Assembly (NCBI GenBank): GCA_038087875.1
Contig: JAXLNO010000533.1
Coordinates: forward strand, 1-64,000
Length of the DNA stretch: 64,000 nucleotides
Reading direction: 5' to 3'
Source: Malacoraja senta
Lineage: Eukaryota
The notes under the pieces were generated by a model, which was not told the DNA's origin, searched no databases, and was given only the letters and a program-made list of their open reading frames with translations. This document shows positions 1 to 11,815 of this stretch, piece after piece. Positions within the stretch are counted from its first letter, which is position 1; every line of letters starts with the position of its first letter. The translations under genes and the position numbers were made by a program.

Positions 1-13
1 AGTGAGTTCAGTA

Positions 14-229
14 GACAACAGGTGCAGGAGGAGGCCATTTGGCCCTTCGAGCCAGAACCGCCATCAATGTGATCATGGCTGATCATCCCCAATCAGTACC
101 CCGTTCCTGCCTTCTCCCCATATCCCCTGACTCCGCTATTTTTAAGAGCCCTATCTACTCTCTCTTAAAAGCATCCAGAGAACCGGCCTCCACCGCCCTC
201 TGAGACAGAGAATTCCACACTCACCACTC
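14..229 (-). mobile_element. CR1-clade (HER1-like) LINE 3' fragment
   Basis: The reverse complement reads GATCAGCCATGATCACATTGATGGCGGTTCTGGCTCGAAGGGCCAAATGGCCTCCTCCTGCACC. This is the elasmobranch CR1 3' UTR, which also occurs at 595-860, 19800-20090 and 53230-53410. Confidence 0.8.
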
Positions 230-380
230 ATCACTCTCAAGCTTCCACTGAGGTTATCCCAATGGCTTCTTGATGCAAACTACTTCATCTATTGCATTAT
301 CCCCAAACCCTGACCTTCCAGAACCAGGTTAGCATTCCGCACAGATAAGGGAAATTATTCAGAAAGGACTTTACACAAGA

Positions 381-583
381 GTAGACAAAAGTGCTGGAGA
401 AACTCAGCGGGTGAGGCAGCATCTATGGAACGAAGGAAACAGGTAACGTTTCGGGCTGAAACCCTTCTTCAGACTGGAAATAGTTACCTATTTTCTTCAC
501 TCCATAGATGCTGCCTCACCCGCTGAGTTTATCCAGCATTGTCTACCTTCGATTTTCCAGCATCTGCAGTTCCTTCTTAAACA
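381..583. mobile_element. Palindromic Penelope-derived (pLTR) element with hammerhead-ribozyme core
   Basis: Inverted arms at about 381-429 (GTAGACAAAAGTGCTGGAGAAACTCAGCGGGTGAGGCAGCATCTATGGA) and about 501-546 flank CTGAAGA-A-GGG..CCC-GAAACGTT on the minus strand at 441-475. Confidence 0.75.
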
Positions 584-594
584 CTTTGCACAAG

Positions 595-860
595 AGTGCA
601 GCTCGTAGGAGCAGAATTAGGCCATTCTGCCCATCATGTCTACTCCGCCATTCAATCATGGCCGATCTATCTTTCCCTCTCAACCCCATTCTCTTGCCTT
701 CTCCCCGTAACCCCCCGACACCCGCACTAATCAAGAATCTATCACTCTCCGCCTTAAAACTATCCATTGACTTGGCCTCCACCCCCGTCTGCGGCAATGA
801 ATTCCACAGATTCACCACCCTCTGTCTAAAGAAATTCCTCCTCATCTCCTTTCTAAAGGT
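595..860 (-). mobile_element. CR1 (HER1-like) LINE 3' fragment
   Basis: Minus strand encodes the CR1 ORF2 C-terminus (FFRQRVVNLWNSLPQ..VEA.S...FK.E.DRFL) followed by the family 3' UTR. Confidence 0.85.
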
Positions 861-1066
861 AAAGGTAAAGCTGGGGGAAGAACGCATTACAATGGCCGCC
901 ATATCCAATATCCCTGATATTTCCCCTTTCTCTCCCTCCCCACACAAGGTGCCCTTCACACTTCCCTCCTGAAGCAGAGGCCAATTGTTGCAAATGAGAG
1001 TCCACCCCTTCTGGTCCTGAAGGTCGACGCAGAAAGCGGAGTAACTCAGCGGGACAGGCAGCATCT

Positions 1067-3790
1067 CGATATGATATCTTTATTTCGAACGATTAAAAAA
1101 AGAAGAAAAAGAAAAGATGAAAATGAATAATAAATAAAGGAAAATTATATATACATATATATACATAAATACATACACTCATACATACATATACATGTAC
1201 ATATATACATACATATACACACATACACATATACATAACATATGTGTACATACATAAATTAAAAAATCAAAAGCCAATTTCAACATAATACACATTAGAC
1301 TCGTTAGAAAAGGGATAGGAAGAAGCCTATGCTTGTCAAGTCCTACCCCCATTCTTCACCATTAACAAATGCAAAATTCAATAAAATAAACTAAACAGAC
1401 AATTCAATTAAAACTACTCCAATCAAGCTATTAAGAAAAAAGAACAAAAACAGAAAAGAACAAAAAGAACCATTAACATCTGTGAGATTTACATTCTCCT
1501 TCCTCATTACTGTACTTTTCAAAGATATATCTTTTGTACATTTTTTTAAATTGCATTATATTCATACTTTGTTTAATCGTTTCGTCAAGACCATTCCACA
1601 AAACCACCCCACAAATGGAAATACACATACTTTTTAAATTGGTCCGAGCATAATGCTGTTTCAAATTTAGTTTCCCTCTAAAGTTATAACCCCCTCTCTG
1701 TCTTTGAACAGTTTTTGTATGTTTACAGGTAGCAGTTTATTTTTTGCTGTATAAATTATTTGTGCAGTCTTAAATTCTACCAGATCCTTAATCTTTAAGG
1801 TGTGTAATTTTAAATACAGTATATTGTTGTGTTCATGATATCCTACATTGTTTACTATACGAATAGCTCTTTTTTGTAGTGTTCTTAGTGATTGTAAGGT
1901 GGTTTTGTAGGTGTTGCCCCATACCTCCACACAGTAATTTAAATACGGTAACACAAGTGAGCTGTACAGAATATACAGTGCTCTCTCATTCAAAACATGC
2001 CTTGCTTTCCCCATCACTCCAATACTCCGTGCTACTTTTGCTCTCACATGTTTTATATGGGGTTTCCAGCAGATTTTGTGATCAAGAATCACACCCAGAA
2101 ATGTATTTTCATACACTCTTTCTATTTCAACATTATTTATCATTACTTTTACTTGTGTATTTATTTTGCGTTTTCCAAACAGCATAAGTTTGGTTTTGTT
2201 TAAATTTAATGATAAGTTATTCAAATCAAACCATGTTTTTAGTTTACTCATTTCTGCTGTGACCACCTCTAAAAGCTGCTGCAAATTGTCCCCATCACAG
2301 AAAATATTAGTGTCATCTGCAAATAACACAAATTTCAAGAGGTTTGACACCCTACATATATCATTAATATACAAAATAAATAATTTGGGGCCCAAAACCG
2401 ACCCCTGTTGGACTCCACAAGTTATTTCTAAGCATGTTGATTTGCAGTCCCCTATTTGCACAAACTGATGTCTTTTACTTATGTAGCTTCTCATCCACTC
2501 TAGTACAACCCCTCTGATTCCATACTTTTCCAGTTTTTTATTAGCAAATGATGATCAATTGTATCGAATGCTTTTTTCAAATCTATAAATACACCCACTG
2601 CATATTTCTTGTTATCTATAGAACTGGTAATGTCTTCAATTAACTCCATTAATGCCATGGATGTCGATCTGTTTGTCCTGAATCCATATTGACTATCAAC
2701 TAGCAATTCGTGCTTCTCGATAAAGTTATCTAATCTACTTACATACAGTTTTTCTAATATTTTTGAGAACTGAGACAGTAACGACACCGGCCTGTAATTT
2801 GTAAATTGATTTCTGTCTCCAGCTTTGTATAGTGGGATGACTTTGGCAGTTTTCATTTTACATGGAAATACACCAGTTTTGAAAGATAAATTGCAAATAT
2901 AAGTTAAGGGTTTTACAATTACACCAATGACTACCTCGATTAAAGCCATATCAATGTCATTCCAGTCTGTAGACCTTTTATTCTTACAATTACTAACAAT
3001 GCAATAATCTCCTTTTCATCAGCTGCTTTCAAAAACATTGAGTTTGGGTTGCTGTCTAACAAATCCACAACCTTCCCCTCTCCTTCTTCTGACTGTAGAT
3101 TATCGATTTATTCTGCCAGTTTTGGTCCCACACTTACAAAAAAGTTGTTAAACCCATTAACCACATCATTCATATCGCTTACAGTTGTATCATTGTCTTC
3201 AAAATACTGAGGGTAGTTTATATTCATTGATCCATTCCTGATAATATTATTTAACACATTCCATATGCTCTTGATATTATTTTTATTATCGTTTAATATT
3301 TTATTATAATAATCTTTCTTACATATCATAATACTAGTCAATTTGTTTTTATATCTTTTGTATTTACTTTCTGCTTCTATAGTTCTGAATTTTATGAATT
3401 CTTTATACAAGATATTCTTTTTTTTGCATGCATTTTGTAGTCCTTTTGTCATCCATGGCCTAACTATATATTTTTGCTTCTTGTTGTGTTGTTTCAAAGG
3501 ACAGTGTTCATCATATAATGATTTAAATATATCAGGAATGTTTCATACGCTTTGTTGGTATCAGTCTCTTTAAACACCTGTTTCCAATTTTGGGTCAGTA
3601 ATACATTTCTAAATTTATTTATAGATTCTTCTGTTCTTACTCTCCTGTATCTAATCTTATCAACATCCTTACACTTAACATAATCACAAACAAACATTAC
3701 AAAAACCGGCAGATGGTCACTGATGTCATTTAGTAGTAACCCACTCTTTATGCTGTTGTCCATACAGTTTGTAAATATGTTGTCTATTAG
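1067..3790 (-). mobile_element. 5'-truncated non-LTR retrotransposon, CR1-group (L2/Crack-like), decayed ORF2
   Basis: Fragmented ORFs carry the APE end (NDISDHLPVF) and RT motifs (NYRPVSLL, GFR, DLKKAFDT, GVQQGSVLGP, LFADDTN, FLGV). The 3' UTR has a TA/CA microsatellite and AATAAA near 1080. Confidence 0.85.
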
Positions 3791-3804
3791 AGTTGCACAG
3801 TGAG

Positions 3805-3960
3805 ATCTCTGGAGAGAAGGAATGGGACTGAAGAAGGGTCTTGATCCGAAACGTTACCCATTCCTTCTCTCCAGAGATGCTGCCCGTCCCGCTGAGTTGC
3901 TACAGCACTTTGTGTCTATCTTCGATTTAAACCAGCATCTGCAGTTCTTTCCCACACACG
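3805..3960 (+). mobile_element. Penelope-derived element with inverted arm and hammerhead core
   Basis: ATCTCTGGAGAGAAGGAATGGG (3805-3826) and CCCATTCCTTCTCTCCAGAGAT (3857-3878) enclose CTGAAGAAGGGTCTTGATCCGAAACGTT. Confidence 0.75.
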
Positions 3961-4649
3961 AAATCCAGCCGGTGCCAGGAATGCAACTTATTATCCGCAT
4001 GTATGGATGGTGTGGGATATATGTACCAAAGCACAGAGACAGGGGGGGGGAGGGGGTTAGTCGGGTTAGTTTAGACATACAGCGGCTAATCTCAGCAGAC
4101 TCAAGATGGTGCAGGTGAAGTAACAACACACACACACACGCCGGTAGATCCGCGGCCACTGATCCAGGAGATCGATCCAATTATTGACCAACAGGCGGTG
4201 GGTGGAATCCGACTGTGACAGACAGACTCCACAGTGGGACACAGTGTCCACAGGAGCGGGTGTTCACTCTGATCAATAACTCAGACACAGTGAACTTCAC
4301 AATGTGAACCCCTCTCTCCCAGTCACACCGTCCCGGAGAGCTGCCTGCCTGCCTGCCTGTCCCGACCACTGGGACAACTCTGGGCAAGGTCCCACTGAAG
4401 GCAAGAACAACATTCTAGTGGGTCCCGGCCGGCAGCAGTGAGAGAAAAAGAGGCTTAGTTTCAGCTGTCTGAAAATAAGACAAATCACAGCAGCGTTAAT
4501 TCACAAATATTTCACTGAGAGGTTTGATATTCTTCACATATTCTTGTACAACGATCATCAGTTGGGAACTTGTAACATGATGAGAATCAGATCAACACCA
4601 GTTAACACACGGATGGAGTTATAAAACTTGAATTGTTCTGCTCACTTAC

Positions 4650-4731
4650 CAGGGACTCCAACGGCAGCAATGATCACGTACAAGATTTTCTCCACACTGT
4701 AATATTGATCCAGTTTTACCCTGTGCCCCAT
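4650..4731 (-). CDS. Probable exon 1 of a GPR139/GPR142-like class A GPCR (N-terminus plus start of TM1)
   Basis: ATG at 4731 reads MGHRVKLDQYYSVEKILYVIIAAVGVP+G and ends at a consensus phase-1 donor CTG|GTAAGT (4650/4649). This resembles the GPR139-type TM1 start (Y..I...G.P) with the intron just before the conserved TM1 Asn. Exon 2 was not found in 1-4650. Confidence 0.6.
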
Positions 4732-4779
4732 TTTCTCTGCCCAGCGACGTGTCCCCGTGAGCTACCGGTAATGTCTCGG

Positions 4780-4818
4780 AATGAAATGCTGGGACAGAAC
4801 ATTCCTGGAGATTTTATA
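4780..4818 (-). promoter_or_regulatory. TATA box and Inr-like site upstream of the GPCR-like exon
   Basis: TATAAAA at 4818-4812 (-), with pyrimidine-A Inr-like sequence (GCATTTC/TCATTCC) about 31-36 nt downstream and the ATG about 87 nt downstream. Confidence 0.45.
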
Positions 4819-5628
4819 CCATTTTCCGTCTCCACCGGGACAGTGAAGTTTCAACAGAGTTTAAAAATAGAGATTTAGAAATGATTCACAAACAGATGAC
4901 ATCAGCCGAGTCAAATCCCTGCTGAGACAGGTTGTGATTTAATCAGGGAATTGATTGAGAAACTACACAGACTGGGAATTGTGGCGATAGATACTGAGGG
5001 ATGGAAATTGGGAGCGGCGGCATTGTTCTAGCAAAGGGGATATTGTTTCAAACTCCATCAGATCCAACTCTCCACCTCATGTTGTTTGTCTGATTTCCTT
5101 CAATCCGTTTCACTCAGCAAGGCAATGCCAAATTCCAGGGACCCTCTCAGGGCTTCTGGTGCCCAGTTTGAAGGTGGACTGGACTGGGCGACCTTTGTCC
5201 ACAGGTTGAGGAATTAGTTCAACACATCACCTCGGACTAAAATGCTCGCCCCTCCACTCTGCTTCACCACTCAATATGATCGAGGCTTCACTGACTGTGA
5301 CCTCAACCCCACACTCCCGCTCACTGACCACGGGACCATTCACTCCCTGCTTGCCTGGAATAGATCTGACTACACCATGGGACAGTAACATTCTCTGCCT
5401 TCCTTCATCACCTCTGTGGAGGAACGACCCAAAGACTCACGACACTGAGAGAACAGAAACATTGCCGCCTCAGAATTGTCCTAAACCTAAATATAACAGC
5501 GAATGATGCAGCACCTCTCCCTCCTCTCTTTCTCTCTCCCTCCATCCTTACTGATGTCACTCTCTCTGAACTGTTACTCTCTCCCCTACGCTCTCTATTC
5601 CGCCTCTCTGGGCTGCGCTCTCTCCGTC

Positions 5629-5895
5629 CACTGATGGAGGGACACACTGTGGTGGTACTGATGGAGTGATACACTGTGGAGGTACTGATGGAGAGACACA
5701 CTGTGGTGGTACTGATGGAGGGACACACTGTGGTGGTACTGATGGAGGGACACACTGTGGTGGTACTGATGGAGGGACACACTGGTGGTACTGATGGAGG
5801 GTCACACTGTGGTGGTACTGATGGAGGGACACACTGTGGTGATACTGATGGAGGGGCACGCTGTGGTGGTACTGATGGATGGACACACTGGGGTA
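5629..5895. repeat. 27-bp minisatellite, about 10 copies
   Basis: Unit CTGATGGAGGGACACACTGTGGTGGTA repeated in tandem. Confidence 0.95.
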
Positions 5896-6296
5896 GTATT
5901 CTGGGGTAATACTTATAGTGACAGATTTTCATATCGTTTCAAGGATTCTTTCCTTTAGTCTGATTGAAGACAGGGGTTCAGGAGATAATCGAAACTTACT
6001 CACGAGCTCTCCCCGAGACACTCAATGCCGTCGAAAGGGAAATCTTCCAAACACAGTCTCTTGATTAATAGTTTCTTTATTGTAGTAGCAAAAACAGTAA
6101 GATATTCATCCAAACTTCTTCTTGTATAAGTACACTAGACTAAGTGAGACCCGTTGGGTCCCAGCATCACACGGGAGGGCTGGTCCCCCAAAGCAATTTT
6201 CCACCTCTCCACCAATTCCAATATTGCTGGCCAGTGGGGGGGGGGTGGCTTCTGGAGTTCTAACATCGGTTTTGTGGGCCGAATGTATTCTTGGGC

Positions 6297-6402
6297 TGGC
6301 AGCTCAGAAACTCAGGCCTGGTGGGATGGCAGCTCAGAAAATCAGGCCTGGTGGGATGGCAGCTCAGAAACGCAGGCCTGGTGGGCTGGCAGCTCAGAAA
6401 CT
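6297..6402. repeat. 30-bp minisatellite, about 3.5 copies
   Basis: Unit GGCAGCTCAGAAA(C/A)(T/G)CAGGCCTGGTGGGAT. Confidence 0.9.
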
Positions 6403-6949
6403 GCCAGAAATTCTACTGAAAACAGGTGACAGAGTCTGTGAGAGAGAAGGAGGAGATGGTGGACAATCAATTTTAGACATTTTCATCTCTTTTTACAGAT
6501 CACGGCAATGAAGTAGGAACGTCTCTCCTTGCGTGGATCTCTGGAGCGCTAATATGGGTGTTGTGGGCTGAAGGGACTGGTTTCCAGAGGGATAGTATGG
6601 ACAATGTGGACTGAATGGATTCTTGGACTTACAGTTCAGTGAAGTCACGACTGGTGGGCTGGGAGTTCAGTCAATTACAGCTGGTGTGGTGGCAGTTCAC
6701 TCAGTTACCCCTCCTCCCTTCACTCCACAACTCTGCTCCTTGCCATTCCCCTCCCCCCACACTCACATTCAGTCCATCTCCCCTCAATCTCCCCCTCCCC
6801 CAGGCACTCTAAGTGGCTCTCCGACAGCGCAGGCATTCCTGCCTATTAGGTACCCATTGTGTTGAAGAACACGCAGACATGGCGAGTGGAAAAATGATTT
6901 ATTAAAGTTTAAAATGTGAACGAGTCTTAAAACATTGCAAGTCCAACAC

Positions 6950-7221
6950 CACAGCACTACAAGCAGAGTGCAGGCAGCAAATCCAACCTCACTCCAAGCA
7001 GAGAGCAGGCAGCAAATCCAACCTCACTCCAAGCAGAGTTCAGGCAGCAAATCCAACCTCACAGCACTCCAAGCAGAGTGGTGGCTGCAATTGCAACCTC
7101 ACAGCACTCCAAGCAGAGTGCAGGCAGCAAGTCTAACCAGACAGCAAGCAGAGTGCAGGCGGCAAATTCAACCTCACAGCACTCCAAGCAGGATGCGGGC
7201 AGCAATTCCAACCTCACAGCA
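6950..7221. repeat. About 40-bp tandem repeat running into an assembly gap
   Basis: Unit approximately CAGCACTCCAAGCAGAGTGCAGGCAGCAAATCCAACCTCA, with shorter variants. Confidence 0.9.
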
Positions 7222-7415
7222 NNNNNNNNNNNNNNNNNNNNNNNNNNNNNNNNNNNNNNNNNNNNNNNNNNNNNNNNNNNNNNNNNNNNNNNNNNNNNNN
7301 NNNNNNNNNNNNNNNNNNNNNNNNNNNNNNNNNNNNNNNNNNNNNNNNNNNNNNNNNNNNNNNNNNNNNNNNNNNNNNNNNNNNNNNNNNNNNNNNNNNN
7401 NNNNNNNNNNNNNNN
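7222..7415. other. Assembly gap (194 N)
   Basis: Run of N. Confidence 1.
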
Positions 7416-7697
7416 ATACACACAAACAAATAGACACACTCACACACACACAAACAAACACACACACACAGACAGCACCAATACTAAACTGCCAAATAAC
7501 TTCAGAACGTGGTAAGCATACTGAATCCTGATACTAACCATATATTCTATGTAAGTAATTTGAAAATAAGAACACAGATGTGTCTAAACCAAATGATTCA
7601 AATGTTTAAAGCATTTTTTATTCTAAAACCCTCCTCTCGAGCTGCTGCTACTGCAAAAACGTGCTTTAAATAACTTTCAACAAACAAACACACTCAC

Positions 7698-7855
7698 CAT
7701 ATGTATGGCAGTGAGCTCTCTTGAATTACTCAAATGGTTCAGGGCGGCGTCTCCACTTTGGCCCTTCCGCACTGAGCGCCCCCTCTGAACTCACCGGAAA
7801 TGACGCAATCAGCACCATCTCTCCACTAAGCGGAAGTCACGGAATGAGCGGCAAT
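7698..7855 (-). promoter_or_regulatory. Promoter-like segment / candidate first exon
   Basis: ETS-like CCGGAA/CGGAAG motifs and a CRE half-site TGACG. The segment ends at ATG|GTGAGT (donor 7697). Confidence 0.3.
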
Positions 7856-8475
7856 TTTGCATTAAACACTGTCGTGATCTAATAAAACGTTTATTCACAG
7901 GTTTTCCTTCCAAAAACGGTTGCACAGCAAGCCACATTTAAAATTCAAGCTACATTTAAAAAGCACATATTAAAATATAGGCACAGTTTAGCGGCACAGT
8001 CAAAAGGCACACTTTTCAATTAGCGGCACAGTCAAAAGGCACGTAAAAACATTTATTCCTTCCAAACACAGTTCCAAATAAACCACATAAAAGCACATCA
8101 AACCACACTCACAGTTTAGTAGACATGTGTTCAGTGTTCAGTTTATTCACAGCTCAGAATGAGAGTCGTGACCTCTCCCTCGCAATCTACTAGTGATTGC
8201 GGAACGTCCACACTTCCGGGTTTATAGTCCCTCCCCCTCCCAACGGATGGGGCGTGGCCTTCATGGTGTGATTGCCAGGAGAGAGAATCTCAACATTTTA
8301 AAACATTAATAAATCTTTTATTTTTCATCGATGGGAAAAATCCTCTGGCCCTGACAGCTGGAGGGGGACTCTGAGTAAGACGGCCAAAAATCCCAGCCGT
8401 AAAACGTAGCGATTTTTCTAAATTCAATATAGAGTGCAAACAGGAAGTGGTCAAGATTTGACCTTTAATCACTTG

Positions 8476-10652
8476 CTTTGCATTTTCAAAGCAACCGCAC
8501 TTGGCTTTGCATTTTCAAAACAACCGCACCTGCCTTTGCATTTTCAAAGCAACTGCACTTGCCTTTGCATTTTCAAAGTAAACCACCTTTCGCATTTTCA
8601 AAGCAAACCACCTTTTGCATTTTCAAAGCAAACCATCTATTGCATTTTCAAAGCAAATCTTTTTGCACTTTCAAAGCTAACCACCTTTTGCACTTTCAAA
8701 GCAAACCACCTTTTGCATTTTCAAAGCAAACCAACTTTTGCATTTTCAAAGCAAACTACCGTTTGCATGTTCAAAGCAAACCACCTTTTGCATTTTCAAA
8801 GCAAACCACCTTTTGCATTTTCAAAGCAAACCACCTTTTGCATTTTCAAAGCAAACCACCTTTTGCAATTTCAAAGCAAACCACCATTGGCATTTTCAAA
8901 GCAAACCACCTTTTGCATTTTCAAAGCAAAACATTTTTCGCATTTTCAAAGCAAACCACTTTTTACAATTTCAAACTAATCCTTTTTGTATTTTCAAACC
9001 AAACTTTTTGCATTTTCAAACCAAACCACCATTTGCATTTTCAAACCAAACCAGCATTTGCATTTTTAAACCAAACCACCATTTGCATTTTCAAACCAAA
9101 CCAGCATTTACATTTTCAAAGCAAACCACTTTTTGCAATTTCAAACTAATCCTTTTTGTATTTTCAAACCAAACTTTTTGCATTTTCAAACCAAACCACC
9201 ATTTGCATTTTCAAACCAAACCAGCATTTGCATTTTTAAACCAAACCACCATTTGCATTTTCAAACCAAACCAGCATTTGCATTTTCAAACCAAACCACC
9301 ATTTGCTTTTTCAAATCAAACCTTCATTTGCACTTTCAAAGCAAACCTTTTGCATTTTCAAAGCAAACCTTTTGCATTTTCAAACCAAACCATCATTTGC
9401 ATTTTCAAACCAAACCACCATTTGCATTTTCAAACCGAACCTCCTTTTGCATTTTCAAACCGAACCCCCTTTTGCATTTTCAAAGCAAACCACCTTTAGC
9501 ATTTTTAAAGCAAAACATCATTTGCATTTTCAAAGCAAACCACCTTTAGCATTTTTAAAGCAAACCACCGTTTGCATTTTCAAAGCAAACATTTTTCGCA
9601 TTTTCAAAGCAAACCAACTTTTGCATTTTCAACCCAATCCTTTTGCATTTTCAAACCAAACCTTTAGCATTTTCGAACCAATCCACCATTTGCATTTTTA
9701 AACCAAATCAGCATTTGCATTTTCAAACCAAACCATCATTTGCATTTTCAAACCAAACCATCATTTCCATTTTCAAACCAAACCACCATTTACATTTTCA
9801 AACCAAACCACCATTTGCATTTTTAAACCAAAGCACCATTTGCATTTTCAAACCAAACCACCGAACCCCCTTTTTCATTTTCAAACGGAACCACCTTTTG
9901 CATTTTCAGGATACTTTTTACATTTTAGAAGCAAACCTTTTGCATTTTCAAAGCAAATCTTTGCATTTTCAAAGCAAATCTTTGTATTTTCAAAGCAAAC
10001 CACCTTTAGCATTTTTAAAGCAAACCACCTTTTGCATTTTCGAAGCAAACCGCCATTTGCCTTTTCGAAGCAAACCGCCATTTGCAATTTCGCAGCAAAC
10101 CATCTTTTGCATTTGCAAAGCAAACTACCTTTTGCATTTTCAAAGCAAACCACCTTTTGCATTTTCAAAGCAAAACATTTTTCGCATTTTCAAAGCAAAC
10201 CAACTTTTGCATTTTCAACCCAATCCTTTTGCATTTTCAAACCAAACCTTTAGCATTTTCGAACCAATCCACCATTTGCATTTTCAAACGAAATCAGCAT
10301 TTGCATTTTCAAACCAAACCATCATTTGCATTTTCAAACCAAACCATCATTTCCATTTTCAAACCAAACCACCATTTACATTTTCAAACCAAACCACCAT
10401 TTGCATTTTTAAACCAAAGCACCATTTGCATTTTCAAACCAAACCACCGAACCCCCTTTTTCAATTTCAAACGGAACCACCTTTTGCATTTTCAGGATAC
10501 TTTTTACATTTTAGAAGCAAACCTTTTGCATTTTCAAAGCAAATCTTTGCATTTTCAAAGCAAATCTTTGTATTTTCAAAGCAAACCACCTTTAGCATTT
10601 TTAAAGCAAACCACCTTTTGCATTTTCAAAGCAAACCGCCATTTGCATTTTC
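8476..10652. repeat. Degenerate satellite, about 21-25 bp unit, with higher-order duplications
   Basis: Core unit TTTTGCATTTTCAAAGCAAACCACC. A block starting near 9590 recurs near 10176 (offset about 586). Confidence 0.95.
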
Positions 10653-10673
10653 GAAGGGAAAGGGGGAGAGGGG

Positions 10674-10859
10674 NNNNNNNNNNNNNNNNNNNNNNNNNNN
10701 NNNNNNNNNNNNNNNNNNNNNNNNNNNNNNNNNNNNNNNNNNNNNNNNNNNNNNNNNNNNNNNNNNNNNNNNNNNNNNNNNNNNNNNNNNNNNNNNNNNN
10801 NNNNNNNNNNNNNNNNNNNNNNNNNNNNNNNNNNNNNNNNNNNNNNNNNNNNNNNNNNN
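10674..10859. other. Assembly gap (186 N)
   Basis: Run of N. Confidence 1.
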
Positions 10860-11425
10860 CGTTGCAGTTGTACGAGACGTTGGTGAGGTTGCGTTTAGAG
10901 TATTGCGTTCAGTTCTGAGCACCGTGTTACAGGAAAGATGTCATTGAGTTTGGAAAGGGCGCGGAGAAGATTTACTAGGATGTTGCCGGGGTTCAAGGGG
11001 CCTGAGCTACAGGGAGAGGTTGGGGCAGGCTGGGACTCTATTCCTTGGAGCGCAGGAGGATGAGGGGTGATCTTATAGATGTGTACAAAATCACCAGAGG
11101 AATAGATCGGGTAGACGCACAGAGTCTCTTGCCCAGAGTAGGGGAATCGAGGATCAGAGGACACGGGTTTAAGGTGAGAGAGGCGGGGGTGGGGAAATTT
11201 GAATAGGAATCTGAGGGGCAACTTTTCCACACAGAGGGTGGTGGGTGTATGGAACGAGCTGCCGGAGGAGGCAGTTGAGGCTGGGACTATAACAACACTT
11301 GGACAGGTACATGGATAGGACAGGTTTGGAGGGATATGGGCCAAACGCGGGCAGCATGTGGGACTAGTCTACATGGGGCATGTTGGCCGGTGTGGGCAAG
11401 TTGGGCCAAAGGGCCTGTTTCCACA
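10860..11425 (+). mobile_element. CR1 LINE 3' fragment
   Basis: LQLYETLVRLRLEYCVQF motif, decayed ORF2 end, and the 3' tail GGGCCAAAGGGCCTGTTTCC shared with the HE1-type SINE. Confidence 0.85.
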
Positions 11426-11445
11426 CTATCACTCCGTCTCTATGT

Positions 11446-11506
11446 TTCTCTCTCTCTGTCCCTCTGTCTCTCTGTCTGTCTGTCTGTCTCTCTCTCTGTC
11501 CCTCTG

Positions 11507-11539
<33 letters not shown>

Positions 11540-11540
11540 G
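11446..11540. repeat. (CT)n/(CTGT)n microsatellite
   Basis: Direct reading. Confidence 0.95.
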
Positions 11541-11815
11541 CTAGAGGGGATTTGGGCGAACGTAGACCCGATTCAGACAATGCCAACTGCGGGCTGGCAG
11601 GGGGGGAATGGGCTGAAGGGCCTGTTTTGGCCGGTCTGGGCTCCCCACATCCACGCCGTTGTCACGCAAGGTCGGCTTGGTGAGTTTGGGGGAGGGGTTT
11701 GTGGAAATGGTTTGGAAATGAGACAGAAATCTGCCTGAAGGGCAATATTAAGTGTGAATATAGTGTGAGTTATAAAATGCAGGGATCGGCCTACAAGCAC
11801 CTGTGCATGTCCCCC

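Noticed and set aside
4060-4468. Exon 2 of the GPCR at the strong acceptor at 4469
   Set aside because: The phase-1 join gives Asp-Ser-stop and no TM1 Asn motif.
5408-5932. Pro/Thr/His-rich ORFs
   Set aside because: They derive from the 27-bp minisatellite.
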